Below are positions 47,354-57,842 of a DNA stretch of 64,000 bases, piece after piece. Source of the stretch: a virus; IMG/VR virus record IMGVR_UViG_3300012923_000008, positions 7,050 through 71,049 of that record; one strand, 5' to 3'. The first letter of the stretch is position 1, and each line of letters begins with the position of its first letter. The notes beneath the pieces were generated by a model, which was not told where the DNA came from, made no database searches, and was given only the letters and a program-made list of their open reading frames with translations. The position numbers and the translations under genes are program-made.

Positions 47354-47599
47354 ATGACTAAGCATTTAGGAATAGTACTATCCCTTTTTATTCTCTCTTC
47401 CTGTGCGGGTACGGTAGATCCCGTTACTCGTGGAGCAGAGGGCGTTACCGGCGGGGCGGTGATGGGTTGCGCTGTAGGGGCAGCGATGACAATCTGGACC
47501 GGACCGATCGCCGCCGTCGGTTGTGGACTAGGAGCTATGGCCGGGGCCGGTATGGGTGGAATGCTCGGCGTGGCAACCGCGCCTCAGATAGGATTCTAG
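47354..47599 (+). CDS. Glycine-zipper lipoprotein
   Basis: Lipobox LSSC followed by GxxxG repeats. Confidence 0.65.
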   Translation: MTKHLGIVLSLFILSSCAGTVDPVTRGAEGVTGGAVMGCAVGAAMTIWTGPIAAVGCGLGAMAGAGMGGMLGVATAPQIGF

Positions 47600-47602
47600 T
47601 TC

Positions 47603-50044
47603 TTGGACCTCCTGGCACTTCTTCGTGACCACCAGGATCGGCAAGATCCTTTTGGGCAGAGAATGTCCCATGAGGAATGGAGAGTCGAGAAACAGCAAGG
47701 TCGAATCTCTGCCCCCGGCACAGGGATGATGGGACACCTGAATACCTACAGTCAGGCTCCGACAGGACCTAGTTCTCGCCGGTCAGGTATGATCGGAGCC
47801 GGATACAATGGCTCTAATCCCCCCGACAAGGACCCTTGGTTCGGACAACAGTACCGGATGGGATCTGGCCAGGAAGGCTCCCAGCCTAGTCAGTACCGAG
47901 ATCAGCGAACTTCTCAACCTCCTCCTTGGATCGACGACGTGGACATGGCGAGTATCTGGTACTCTCCTATGGAACCCGTCTGGCCATTCGGACCGCCGTA
48001 CTATAACAGACCTCGTGAATGGTCTTATCCCGTCGGGTATAACCTTAACTACATTCAGCCCCGGATGGAGCTTATGCAAAAGCTCCGTGGAATGCGTGCC
48101 TCGTGGGGCCTTCTTTCCACAGTCGAGACCACTCGCCAGGACCAGCTTCTTCGTCTTCCTTGGACCATCCAGCGTCGGGATAAACCCAGGGCCAGTTCTA
48201 AGGTCGTGGACAGTGTTCGTCAGTTCTTCCGCCGACCAGATGGAAAACTCACCTACGGTCAGTGGTCGAGAAAACTTATGTTCGACCTCTTTGATATAGA
48301 TTCACCCTATATCTACATGGACAGAGACCGGACCGGGAAACTCCAGCACGTAGAGGTTCTCGACGGGGCGACAATATTCCCACTTATCGACGATGCCGGA
48401 AAACGACCATCAACAGAGTATCGTACCGATGAATCTGGAATAGTCTACCTTCATCGGCAGCCAGCCTTTCAACAGATTATATACGGCCTTCCGATGATAA
48501 ACATGTCGGAAGACGAACTCATTTACGCCATGATGCGGCCCCGGCCGGAAGCGCCAATGTTTGGCTATTCCCCCGTCGAGCAGATCATGGTCGAAGCGAT
48601 GGAAGGTATACGCAAAACCTTCTATCAGTTAGAGTTCTGGCGTAGTGGCTCTATGCCAGAATTGATTATCACCGTCCCTGATGCCTGGACGCCGAAGCAG
48701 ATCGCCATGTTCCAGGCTCATTTCGACGCCTTGCTCTCGGGGCAGCTCTCCCTTAAGTCCAAGGTTCGCTTCGTCCCCGGCGGAATGAAGCCATTCGACA
48801 TCAAGAACGCTTCTGGAGAGTCGCTATGGTCCCAGCGGGACGAACTCCTAGCCAGGCTCGTCTGTTTCGCTTTTTCCATTCCACCTACTCCTTTCGTCCG
48901 GCAGATGAATCGGGCGACGGCCCAGACGGCGCAGCAGACCGCACAAGAAGAAGGTTTGTATCCCTTAATGTCGTGGTGGAAAGACGACATTATGGATACG
49001 ATAATACAAGAAAAGCTTGGCTACGATGACATAGAGTTCGTCTTTCTCCCACGGCCCGAGGTAGACCTTCTAAAGCAGGCCCAGATTCATCAGATACAGT
49101 TTCATAACGCGATAGGATCGGTGAATGAAATCCGGGACGAGCTTGGCCGGGAACCAATTGAGGGTGGTGATGGGCACTTCTTTGTCTTTGGATCAGGAGC
49201 GGTAAAATACGAAGATGTCGTCGAAGGGAAAGCACTCCTTCCCGGGGCACCAGCGCCAGGTAATCAAGGTCAAGGACCAGAGAAAAGTAAAGACCCTTCT
49301 ACCTCTTCGTCCTCTTCACCTATCCGTGGCCCGGCGAAACCCCACGGGGCGAGTCCACTACCACAGCCCGGACAGAAGCTCCTCAAGGTCTCTCAGGACA
49401 AAGCTAGTCAAGAACAGAAGAAGGCGGGAAATTTCAAGAAAGACCATATACGACTACATGGACTAGACATCTCGATAGAGAACCCGAAAGGGTCAGTTCG
49501 TTCCACGAAGGACGAGTTCGGCCGGGGCTGGTCCGGCAAGATGCCCGTGCCCTACGGCTATATCCGGGGCACCCTTGGCGCTGACGGCGAACAGATGGAC
49601 GTCTTTCTAGGGAAAAAGAAATCTTCCCCGGTGGCATTCGTTATAGATCAGGACAAAGTCTCTCACGAAGGGCTCGATCAGGGATTCGACGAACACAAAA
49701 TTGCCCTATGTTATCTCTCTCTTCATCGAGTCCTTAAGGATTACTTCAAGGCTAACAGCGATGGTAAGGGTCCCCTCCGCTGTGGCACCGTGACAAGGCT
49801 CTCTCTCCACGACCTCAAAACTTGGCTCTCTTCTTGTGATCCTAAGAAGCCCATTTCCGAACAGGGCGTCGGACAAGTCGTTTACCGCCGGGGCGTGAAA
49901 TCGGACACGATTTCCAAATCTGATACCATTTCCTCCTCTACCGGCCACCTGTGGTACGATCAAGGGCAAAAGAGAAAGAAGAAGAAAAAGAAAACATTCT
50001 CTAGTTCTTCTGGTCCCCGCTGGTTAGAACTAAGCGCCTCGTAA
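47603..50044 (+). CDS. Portal protein fused to a C-terminal inorganic-pyrophosphatase-like (InPase) domain
   Basis: Portal motifs LDGATI.PL, FGYSPVE, F.IPP and NEIR.ELG.EP; then AGNFKK.H..HGL.ISIENPKGS.R and YGYIRGT.GADG..DVF. Confidence 0.85.
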   Translation: MDLLALLRDHQDRQDPFGQRMSHEEWRVEKQQGRISAPGTGMMGHLNTYSQAPTGPSSRRSGMIGAGYNGSNPPDKDPWFGQQYRMGSGQEGSQPSQYRDQRTSQPPPWIDDVDMASIWYSPMEPVWPFGPPYYNRPREWSYPVGYNLNYIQPRMELMQKLRGMRASWGLLSTVETTRQDQLLRLPWTIQRRDKPRASSKVVDSVRQFFRRPDGKLTYGQWSRKLMFDLFDIDSPYIYMDRDRTGKLQHVEVLDGATIFPLIDDAGKRPSTEYRTDESGIVYLHRQPAFQQIIYGLPMINMSEDELIYAMMRPRPEAPMFGYSPVEQIMVEAMEGIRKTFYQLEFWRSGSMPELIITVPDAWTPKQIAMFQAHFDALLSGQLSLKSKVRFVPGGMKPFDIKNASGESLWSQRDELLARLVCFAFSIPPTPFVRQMNRATAQTAQQTAQEEGLYPLMSWWKDDIMDTIIQEKLGYDDIEFVFLPRPEVDLLKQAQIHQIQFHNAIGSVNEIRDELGREPIEGGDGHFFVFGSGAVKYEDVVEGKALLPGAPAPGNQGQGPEKSKDPSTSSSSSPIRGPAKPHGASPLPQPGQKLLKVSQDKASQEQKKAGNFKKDHIRLHGLDISIENPKGSVRSTKDEFGRGWSGKMPVPYGYIRGTLGADGEQMDVFLGKKKSSPVAFVIDQDKVSHEGLDQGFDEHKIALCYLSLHRVLKDYFKANSDGKGPLRCGTVTRLSLHDLKTWLSSCDPKKPISEQGVGQVVYRRGVKSDTISKSDTISSSTGHLWYDQGQKRKKKKKKTFSSSSGPRWLELSAS

Positions 50045-50075
50045 GAACAGTCTTTTTCGCTAGGAGAACAATACC

Positions 50076-50759
50076 ATGCCAACAGCACGTATCGCCTTCA
50101 CGGGTGGAGTAATTCAGGGTCAGTATGGAACCTACCAGGTCGGGAGCGACGGAACCGCAACCGTCGATACCAGGGATGTCATTCCCCTGTTAGGGAAAGG
50201 GGCTTCACTCCTGAGTAACCGGTCAGCATTTTACACCACGCCGGTGGGACCACTAGCGGCAACTAGTGGTCGTATTATTGCCTCTGGTGCCCTATCCAAC
50301 GGGACACTTTCTATCTCTAATCAGCCGGACGTAATGCGACAGGTAAACGTCGTCTGGGGAACCGGAACCGCCCCGATCAGTGCAGGGAATATGGCAATTA
50401 CCTACGTCGCCAACGACGGGCAGACCTATACCGAAAACCTGGCCCTTGCCCTCGCCGCGAGTTCTATCGGAACCTACCCGCTCTCCCGCGGCTGTATTCA
50501 CATCTCTACCCCAATCGTCACTGCCCTCGCCGGCGGAACTTCTCCATTCCGTCACCTCGACACTACTGCATTCCTCGCTGTCCCTGTCGATCCAGTGGCT
50601 CAGGACTATGCCACTGTCTCCGAGGCCGCCGACGGCACGATCGAGACCGGCGGATGGTCGGATAGTACAACGAGCATTGGCTGTGTCTCCCCGCTCACGG
50701 CTCCGAACGGAACGCACACCTTCTCTATGTTCTATCAGTTCGTAGCCCCGGTGATCTAA
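50076..50759 (+). CDS. Putative virion structural/decoration protein
   Basis: AGGAG RBS; Thr/Ser/Gly-rich; QPDV.R and APNG motifs. Confidence 0.55.
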   Translation: MPTARIAFTGGVIQGQYGTYQVGSDGTATVDTRDVIPLLGKGASLLSNRSAFYTTPVGPLAATSGRIIASGALSNGTLSISNQPDVMRQVNVVWGTGTAPISAGNMAITYVANDGQTYTENLALALAASSIGTYPLSRGCIHISTPIVTALAGGTSPFRHLDTTAFLAVPVDPVAQDYATVSEAADGTIETGGWSDSTTSIGCVSPLTAPNGTHTFSMFYQFVAPVI

Positions 50760-51126
50760 ATGCCTGGCTTTGACAAGGAAGTCGCTGATTTTCATCGTGA
50801 ACTTCGAAAGTCAGTGGAAGGGAAAGAGGTTAACACTTCAGAGACAGACGCTCCTAATGGCATGGACAAGTCCGTCAAGGAGCAGGTTATCTCTGACCTC
50901 GACGGACTAATAGAGAAGCGGGAGAAGCCGAAACCATCTATGGGTATTCTCCCGTGAAGTCATCCTTAGACGAAGACGTGGCAGGGAATATTAAAAACAA
51001 AGAGCACCAGTGGGAAACGATTACGGCTTCTGGGACTAGTCACGACTTCTGCACACGCTGTGGGAGGAAGAAAGAAGATTCTCAGCTCCCCGATGGCAAT
51101 TTTCTCCCCTGTAAAGGTTTCATTTA

Positions 51127-52554
51127 ATGCCCGAAGAGATCACCGAGTCTAAATCGGCTGACGAGCTGGTTGATATCGGTACCCAGTTCTTTCTTCAAAA
51201 GCGGGTCGACATTGCAAGACTATATTTCGATGCGGCACTTCTCAAGGAGCCCGATCATGGTCGGGCATTGCATAATCTTAGTAGTGCTCTAATACAGGGT
51301 CATTTGCTTCCAGCGGCATTAAGTACAGCCCGAAGAGCTCTAAACTCCGGCCTCGATAACAACGGCGTGTTGATGAATATCACAGCCGCCCTAAATGGTC
51401 TAGGACAATTCGAGGAAGTCTTAGAAGGGACGGATAAGATCATTAGAAGTATGCCTCCCTTTGATCCCCGCCTCCCTGCGGTACTTCACAATCGCGGTCT
51501 CGTCCTAAATCATCTCGAACAGTATGAAGAGGCTGTGAAGTCTTACGAAAAAGCACTGATCCTAGCTAGTTCTGAGGATCAAAAGAACATGATCCTTAGT
51601 GATCGGGCACTGGCCATTCTCGCTATAGGGAAGATCGTCGAGGGTTGCCGGGAGTACGAAGTCCGGTGGACAAATCGGCTCTATAAGTCCAAGGTTTGGG
51701 AACTTGGCATTCCTCAGTGGCAAGGGGAAAGCCTAGAGGGTAAAAGAATTATTCTTCAGCACGAGCAGGGGTTCGGCGACGGAGTGATGCTAGTGAGACT
51801 AGTTCCGGAGCTATTACTACGTGGCGCAAATGTTTCTCTCGCCGTGCCAGGTCCGCTGGTGGAACTCTTTACCCATCACGTCCCCTGGCAAGGGGTTCCC
51901 GTCTTCGAATGGAACGACGACGAAGAAAGGATGCGAGAATGGCGGGCAGACTACCAAGTCCCTATGCTCACCGCGCTGGGACTTTTAGGATATAAACCTA
52001 AGCACATATTTGATAATCCTTATCTTCATGCAACACCGGATAAGGACAATCTTGGTCCCCCGGGATTTCGAGTGGGCTTATGCTGGGCCAGTGGATATCA
52101 TAGCTTCGCCCTCGCCATTCGTCGCCGATATGTCCCGCTGAGTTTGTTTTTTCCTCTCGCTGAAATCCCAGGCGTAAGATTAGTCTCTCTCCAGAAAGAC
52201 GACCCGGCGAAGGACATCCTGAATCTCGGCGCGGAGAGTTTTATCCATGACGCTATGGCTCGGTGCTCTGACTTTGCCGATACAGCGAGGGTTATCGCCG
52301 GGCTTGACCTTGTCGTTTCCGTTGATTCTGCGGTGGTACACATTGCTGGCGCCCTCGGTATTCCCTGCATTATGCTCGGTCCCTACGTCCGTTGCTGGCG
52401 CTGGTGGGGTGGGGAGACTGGCTGGCCTTGGTATAAGGACTTCCGAATATTCAAACAGTCGCAGTGGGGGGTTTGGAACAAAGAGGTCGAAAGGGTGATT
52501 GACCTTGTGAAAGAATTAAAACTAGACCAAGATGAAACTAGGAACGTGGCATGA
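51127..52554 (+). CDS. TPR-repeat plus GT9-like glycosyltransferase
   Basis: TPR repeats; W.GESL.GKRI...EQGFGD; VSLQK; DFADTA.VI..LDLVVSVDSAVVH.AGALG. Confidence 0.9.
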   Translation: MPEEITESKSADELVDIGTQFFLQKRVDIARLYFDAALLKEPDHGRALHNLSSALIQGHLLPAALSTARRALNSGLDNNGVLMNITAALNGLGQFEEVLEGTDKIIRSMPPFDPRLPAVLHNRGLVLNHLEQYEEAVKSYEKALILASSEDQKNMILSDRALAILAIGKIVEGCREYEVRWTNRLYKSKVWELGIPQWQGESLEGKRIILQHEQGFGDGVMLVRLVPELLLRGANVSLAVPGPLVELFTHHVPWQGVPVFEWNDDEERMREWRADYQVPMLTALGLLGYKPKHIFDNPYLHATPDKDNLGPPGFRVGLCWASGYHSFALAIRRRYVPLSLFFPLAEIPGVRLVSLQKDDPAKDILNLGAESFIHDAMARCSDFADTARVIAGLDLVVSVDSAVVHIAGALGIPCIMLGPYVRCWRWWGGETGWPWYKDFRIFKQSQWGVWNKEVERVIDLVKELKLDQDETRNVA

Positions 52555-52807
52555 GAAAGGTGGAGTTTTAGTTAATGCCATCGATCGTCTGGGATTTTCG
52601 TACAGGTAAGCCAGCACCGGTGCTGGCTCCGTTGCGGTCAAATGGTGGAGCGGTAGCTAAGACTGTCTGGTGTGCAGCGGTCTCCAGAGACGTGGAGGGA
52701 ATTGCCTGCGAATGCTATATGAAATGTAATTATTACTATACTGGTAAGTGTACGGCTGGCCTCGATGGGCGCACCTTCCGAGATCCACATGACTGAAGAC
52801 CATTTTT

Positions 52808-53368
52808 ATGCATGACACAGCAATGACAACCGGGAACGCCTTCTTTCGCTGTTACGGTGACGTGATAGGACGACCGAAGATCCTGGACGTGGGAAGTATG
52901 GACGTCAATGGAACTCTGCGAGACTGTATGCCACAGGGCTCGATGTATCTAGGGATGGATATCTCCCCCGGGCCAGGTGTCGATAAAGTGATAGCTGAGC
53001 CTGGAAAACTCCTCATTCCGAGTGAGGCTTTCGACCTAGTGGTTTCCACCTCCTGTCTAGAGCACGACCCTGCGTTCTGGCTCACCTTTGCCGAGATGGC
53101 TAGAGTAGTCTCTCCGGCAGGGTTTGTCTATGTTTCCGTCCCATCCAATGGCCCCTATCACGGGCATCCCGGCGACTACTGGCGATTCTACAAGGACACC
53201 CCCAATGCCCTATCCTCATGGGCCTACAAGTGCGGGTACTTCCTAGACGTGATAGAGAGCTTTCAGATGTCCCCCTCCCAGGACGGCTGGATAGATCAAG
53301 TCATGGTCTTCGGAAAAAGACCATCCCCGGAAAGGAAGTCTATTCGGGAGTTTCTCACAGGTGTCTAA
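52808..53368 (+). CDS. Class I SAM-dependent methyltransferase
   Basis: ILDVGS.DVNG, G.D...GPGVD, FDLVVS...LEH and H.HPGDYWRF. Confidence 0.9.
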   Translation: MHDTAMTTGNAFFRCYGDVIGRPKILDVGSMDVNGTLRDCMPQGSMYLGMDISPGPGVDKVIAEPGKLLIPSEAFDLVVSTSCLEHDPAFWLTFAEMARVVSPAGFVYVSVPSNGPYHGHPGDYWRFYKDTPNALSSWAYKCGYFLDVIESFQMSPSQDGWIDQVMVFGKRPSPERKSIREFLTGV

Positions 53369-53666
53369 TAGCTCTACTATCAAGGTAATCGACATTAGTC
53401 CTGGTGAATATTCTTCTGACGTGAAAGATCTTTTTCCTTATGAGATTAAGGATTCTCCCTTAACAATAAAAGATGCCCGGGAGAAAAATAAATTCAAACG
53501 GCAAAATGATTTTCTGAAAAAGCTCCCAGTCAGGAAGATGTTTGTTGTCGATTTTGAATCAAAGGATGCAAGTAAGTGGGTCAGCCGCTGGGGAAAACGC
53601 CTCGGTCGCAGGTTCATCGTCCGAAAGCTCACCGATAAACTCACGGAGATACATCGTGTCGAATAG
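53361..53666 (+). CDS. Small basic protein (DUF7303-like)
   Basis: WGKRLGRRFIVRK...IHRVE. Confidence 0.55.
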   Translation: MSNSSTIKVIDISPGEYSSDVKDLFPYEIKDSPLTIKDAREKNKFKRQNDFLKKLPVRKMFVVDFESKDASKWVSRWGKRLGRRFIVRKLTDKLTEIHRVE

Positions 53667-53928
53667 TCTTGAAGACGTATACAGTCCCTGGCACAGTGGT
53701 CATTCGAGGATGATTCCGATATATTCTGGGCAGGATGGCTGCCTAAATCACTGGGTTAGTTGGAATAGAGGTCCTATCGTTATAGAACGCCCACAGTGGA
53801 ATCAGCCGGCACTTCCCCCCCCAACTCCCGGGGATAACGCGATAGATGTTACCGAAAAGAAAATAGATGATCCATTCGTTGACGACTTCGGGGATGGTAT
53901 CAGTGACACTTCGTCGTACGAGTCGTAG
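53656..53928 (+). CDS. Hypothetical protein
   Basis: GGAG RBS and GTG start giving MSNSLED. Confidence 0.5.
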   Translation: MSNSLEDVYSPWHSGHSRMIPIYSGQDGCLNHWVSWNRGPIVIERPQWNQPALPPPTPGDNAIDVTEKKIDDPFVDDFGDGISDTSSYES

Positions 53929-54018
53929 GGCGAGCCGCCCCATACGGGGTTCACGACGTAGCGGGTCTCACAGAGGTTATGGACACTCTGCCGGTCGGGG
54001 TCCAAGGAGAAAGAGATA

Positions 54019-56106
54019 ATGGAAGAAAAAGAAGGTTTTAGTCTTTATCTGCCACTTACAAAAGTAGAGAAACAAAAAGACGGCACGTGCATTGTCTCCG
54101 GCTACGCTTCCACCCCGACACTGGATTGGGACAACGAGGTCGTAACCCTCGACGCAATACGCAAGGCCCTGCCGGGTTATTGGGAGTACGCCAATATCCG
54201 CGAGATGCACCAGCCAAAGGCGGCCGGGGTGGGGGTGGATTATAAGTTCGACGACGTAGGCTGGTGGTTAAAGGCAAGAATCAGTGACCCGGTAGCGGTT
54301 CAGAAATGTGTCGATAGAGTCTATAAAGGCTATTCTATTGGCGGACGGAAGACCGACTTTGACCCTTTGAAGAAGAACCACGTTACCGGGGTGGAGATCG
54401 TCGAGGTCTCACTAGTGGATCGCCCGGCGAATCCTGACTGTAAGATCGCTTTGGCGAAGCGGGCGAAAGACAGCTCGGAAGGTGCGTATTTAATAAAGGC
54501 TAAAGCTCCCCGCCGAGACGCTTCTTCTCGTGCTCTTTCAAAGATGGCTCAGGCGGTAGAACTTATGTCCAAGGCCGGTCCCCCGGCGGCGAAGGACGGA
54601 TTTAGTCTTCCAGCGGAAAAGACCACTCGGGAGTCGTCTCCTAAAGATCCAGAGGTACAGAATAACAAATCCTCGGGTGCCTGTGAAGAACACGGGGTAG
54701 TGGGTTGCAAAGACTGCATGGACAAAAGGGAAGTTAAGCCTAAGGAACGGGAAAGGCTCGCTGGAGAAGGAAAAGCCAACCCAGACGGGTCGTTTCCTAT
54801 CAAGAATAAATCCGACCTCGACAACGCTAGACAAGCTATCGGCCGGAGCAAGAACCCCGGGAAGACTAGAAGTCTCATTCGTACCCGGGCTCGCGAATTC
54901 GGTGTTAAGCTTCCTTCCAAGTGGAAAAAGAAAACAGCCCGGAAACTGATTAAAGAAGCTGAGAAGAGTGCCAAACTTGCTAAGGTCCTCTCTCTGTCTT
55001 CCATTTCTCCAGCAGCGCCAACGCCATCCTTCCTTACCCTGAAAGGCGCACTAGTGGAGCAGGGTCGAAGAAGAAAGGATTTGTCCCCCATTCTTTCTTC
55101 TTCAGAGTCGAATCCCCTTCCCCGACTACGGAAGGGTGGCAAAAACGAGAACTACACCAACAAGCAGAATTTCTCTGGTTTTCTCAACAGCGAGGACACA
55201 ATGGATCTTTCAGCAGTGTCGAATGGCGGTTCGGGTGATCTCGACACTGCTATTCTAAATGTTATCAAGCGGGCAAGTACTCCTTCTCGCGACAAGCGTA
55301 TGACTATGGCCCGCGGAAATCTCAATAAGGCCAGGAAAGCTCGCAAGGACGCCGCGGACGAAATTAAGAACTGTCACGCGGCGATTTCCAAGCGGTTTAT
55401 GGCCAAACTGGCTAAGAACGGCCGTCCGGGTCATAAGCCCGGTGACGATGACGACGATGACGACATGGCCGAGACCGAAAAGGTCCTAAAAGGGCTTCAG
55501 AAAGCCTATTCGTCCCTCACGACTATGAAGACCTTCATTAAGGCTGCCGATTCGCAGATCGAGAAGGCCGTAGCCAGAAGTGGACAACGGGGCCAGGAGG
55601 CAAATGATCCCGCCGGTGGAACCCCAATCAATAAGCCCACCGGATTGGAGGATCTCTCGCCAGGCGAAATGGCCACTGCTGGTGGCGGCCGGGAACCCCC
55701 AATGTATCCCACAGACGGTGGAGTCTATCCCGGTAAGTTGGCAAAACTCGCTGACAAGAACGGCATGATCTCCGCCGGGGTGGCAGAAATGCTCGCCGAA
55801 AACGCCCGCCTCGAAGGGCAGGTGTCCCTCTTAGGCAAGGTCTCTAATCCTGGTCCCCGCCCCTACGCGTTCGATATGGCCAAGGTCTACGGTGTAGATC
55901 AATCGCCCCGCTCCGAGAACCGGCAAAAGGCTGACATTCTCTTCAATGGGGTAGACCCAACGGCTCTTCAGTCCCAGGATGAAAATGCACGCAATACCGC
56001 CGCCGCGACCGTCGCTGGAAACTATCTCATGTCCAGCACTTTTGGCAAATCCATTGTCGATCCGAATTTCCGGGGTAAGGCCGGAATGGGAAGAGAAGGA
56101 AGATAA
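54019..56106 (+). CDS. Prohead protease/scaffold fusion (XkdF/HK97-like)
   Basis: VSGYAS...D, IREMHQ, KGYSIGG and EVSLVDRPANP, followed by a long charged scaffold region. Confidence 0.88.
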   Translation: MEEKEGFSLYLPLTKVEKQKDGTCIVSGYASTPTLDWDNEVVTLDAIRKALPGYWEYANIREMHQPKAAGVGVDYKFDDVGWWLKARISDPVAVQKCVDRVYKGYSIGGRKTDFDPLKKNHVTGVEIVEVSLVDRPANPDCKIALAKRAKDSSEGAYLIKAKAPRRDASSRALSKMAQAVELMSKAGPPAAKDGFSLPAEKTTRESSPKDPEVQNNKSSGACEEHGVVGCKDCMDKREVKPKERERLAGEGKANPDGSFPIKNKSDLDNARQAIGRSKNPGKTRSLIRTRAREFGVKLPSKWKKKTARKLIKEAEKSAKLAKVLSLSSISPAAPTPSFLTLKGALVEQGRRRKDLSPILSSSESNPLPRLRKGGKNENYTNKQNFSGFLNSEDTMDLSAVSNGGSGDLDTAILNVIKRASTPSRDKRMTMARGNLNKARKARKDAADEIKNCHAAISKRFMAKLAKNGRPGHKPGDDDDDDDMAETEKVLKGLQKAYSSLTTMKTFIKAADSQIEKAVARSGQRGQEANDPAGGTPINKPTGLEDLSPGEMATAGGGREPPMYPTDGGVYPGKLAKLADKNGMISAGVAEMLAENARLEGQVSLLGKVSNPGPRPYAFDMAKVYGVDQSPRSENRQKADILFNGVDPTALQSQDENARNTAAATVAGNYLMSSTFGKSIVDPNFRGKAGMGREGR

Positions 56107-56171
56107 GAGAAACAATGGAAAATAGACGAGTCATTAATTCCCTCTTTTTCCCTCTCTAGGAGCCTTTTCTC

Positions 56172-57842
56172 ATGGATGGTCTACCAGTTGCTTTCACCGG
56201 AAACGGTGGTGTCGGAAATGAATTCATCGGGGCACTGCTGAGTAATCCGCAGTTCGTCGAAGGTCTTGCGAAGAAACTTGGCTGGGACCTGAGCAAAGCT
56301 GATACGATCTCGCAGGCGACGAATCTCCTCTGGTACGATCTCGCCCCGATCGTGCAAATGCTGTACCCCTATAGGGAGTTGATCCCCAGGATTTCCCGTC
56401 TCGCTAGGGTCGCCGGTGATGGTGGTAATGCGTACCACTGGAAACGGATAGTGGGCGTGAACGTGAGTGGGATCTCGTCCGGCGTCAGTGAAGGGAATCG
56501 CGGGGCCAGGATTGCCATCGCCGAACAGGATATGATGGCAAAATACAGTGGACTCGGCTTCGAAAGCTCGGTCTCGTTCGAGGCCCGGTACGGCGGCCGG
56601 AACCTCTCTCCGGAAACCCTTGGTCTTGCCACGCAGTCTTCGCTCCGTTCTCTCATGATCGACGAAGAGAAGATCCTAATCAATGGGAACGGCAACTTCC
56701 CCGTCGGAGTCACTCCCACGCCGACAATTGCCAGTACTGCTGTGGTAGGGGTTACCGGTGTCTGGGCTGGGGCGACGGCGTTTGTGATCTGTGTTGCTCT
56801 AACGGGCATGGGCCGACTAGGGTATTCGGCGTATAATTCGACGACCAATCTCGGCGGAGTACCGGGGCAGGTATCGAAGACCAACGCCGACGGGAGTATT
56901 GACACTTATGGCGGCGGTAGTGCCCAGCCGAGTGCTGAGACAAGTCTGGTAATCTCCGGCACCAATTGCGCCGTCTGCACTGTCACCCCGGTCCCGGGAG
57001 CATTCGCCTACGCCTGGTACGCGAGTACCACTACGGGAACGGAGACCCTGATAGGGCTTACCCCGAGCAATCGGGTAGTACTCACAGGAACCCTCCCCAC
57101 TGGTGCTCAGCCCATTGGGAACCTCAAGGTCGGGGCTGGTTTCGTCGATAATTCGGTGAATCAACTGATCCCGGACGGGGTTCTGAATCAGATCTCCGCC
57201 GCGATCACCGGCCCAAGTCCGGGTCAAATCATGGCTACGAACCAGATTCTGCCGAACGTAGTCAACACTGGCGATACGATCTCCGTCGCCCCGAGCGGTG
57301 CACTGATCTACACGATGGCAGCGGGGAACACTGGGCTCACAGTGCAGGGAAGTAATTTCCCTCATATCGACGCCTTTTTGCAGGCGGCCTATGACCAGTA
57401 CAAGATCGGGTTCGATCGGATGCTGATCTCGGCGGCCGATAACACCGACACCTTCGGCGCTATGCTCGGGCAGAGTGCAAGTGCAAGCCCCTATAGGATT
57501 TGGTTCGACGCCGATCAGGCTAGTGGAAGAATCATCGCCGGAAGACGCGTTACGGCGTATCAGAACAAGTCCTTCGGCAACGACATCGACGTGGAGATTC
57601 ATCCTTACGTTCCGCCGGGGACGATCCTGTTCTGGTCGGATAGATCACCCTATGAACTCTCCGGGGTAGCGAATCTCATCGAGGCCAAGGTAAGGCAAGA
57701 CTATTACCAAATTCCCTGGCCCTGGCGGACCCGGCGATACGAATACGGCGTGTACGTGGACGAGACGTTCCCGTGCTACTTCACCCCGGCATTCGGGATG
57801 ATTACGAACAAGAATCCTGTGACAGGGAACTTCGTCTATTAG
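56172..57842 (+). CDS. Major capsid protein
   Basis: Follows the protease gene; YDL.P....LYP, VSEGNRG, EE.I...GN and IHPY.PPGTIL. Confidence 0.85.
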   Translation: MDGLPVAFTGNGGVGNEFIGALLSNPQFVEGLAKKLGWDLSKADTISQATNLLWYDLAPIVQMLYPYRELIPRISRLARVAGDGGNAYHWKRIVGVNVSGISSGVSEGNRGARIAIAEQDMMAKYSGLGFESSVSFEARYGGRNLSPETLGLATQSSLRSLMIDEEKILINGNGNFPVGVTPTPTIASTAVVGVTGVWAGATAFVICVALTGMGRLGYSAYNSTTNLGGVPGQVSKTNADGSIDTYGGGSAQPSAETSLVISGTNCAVCTVTPVPGAFAYAWYASTTTGTETLIGLTPSNRVVLTGTLPTGAQPIGNLKVGAGFVDNSVNQLIPDGVLNQISAAITGPSPGQIMATNQILPNVVNTGDTISVAPSGALIYTMAAGNTGLTVQGSNFPHIDAFLQAAYDQYKIGFDRMLISAADNTDTFGAMLGQSASASPYRIWFDADQASGRIIAGRRVTAYQNKSFGNDIDVEIHPYVPPGTILFWSDRSPYELSGVANLIEAKVRQDYYQIPWPWRTRRYEYGVYVDETFPCYFTPAFGMITNKNPVTGNFVY

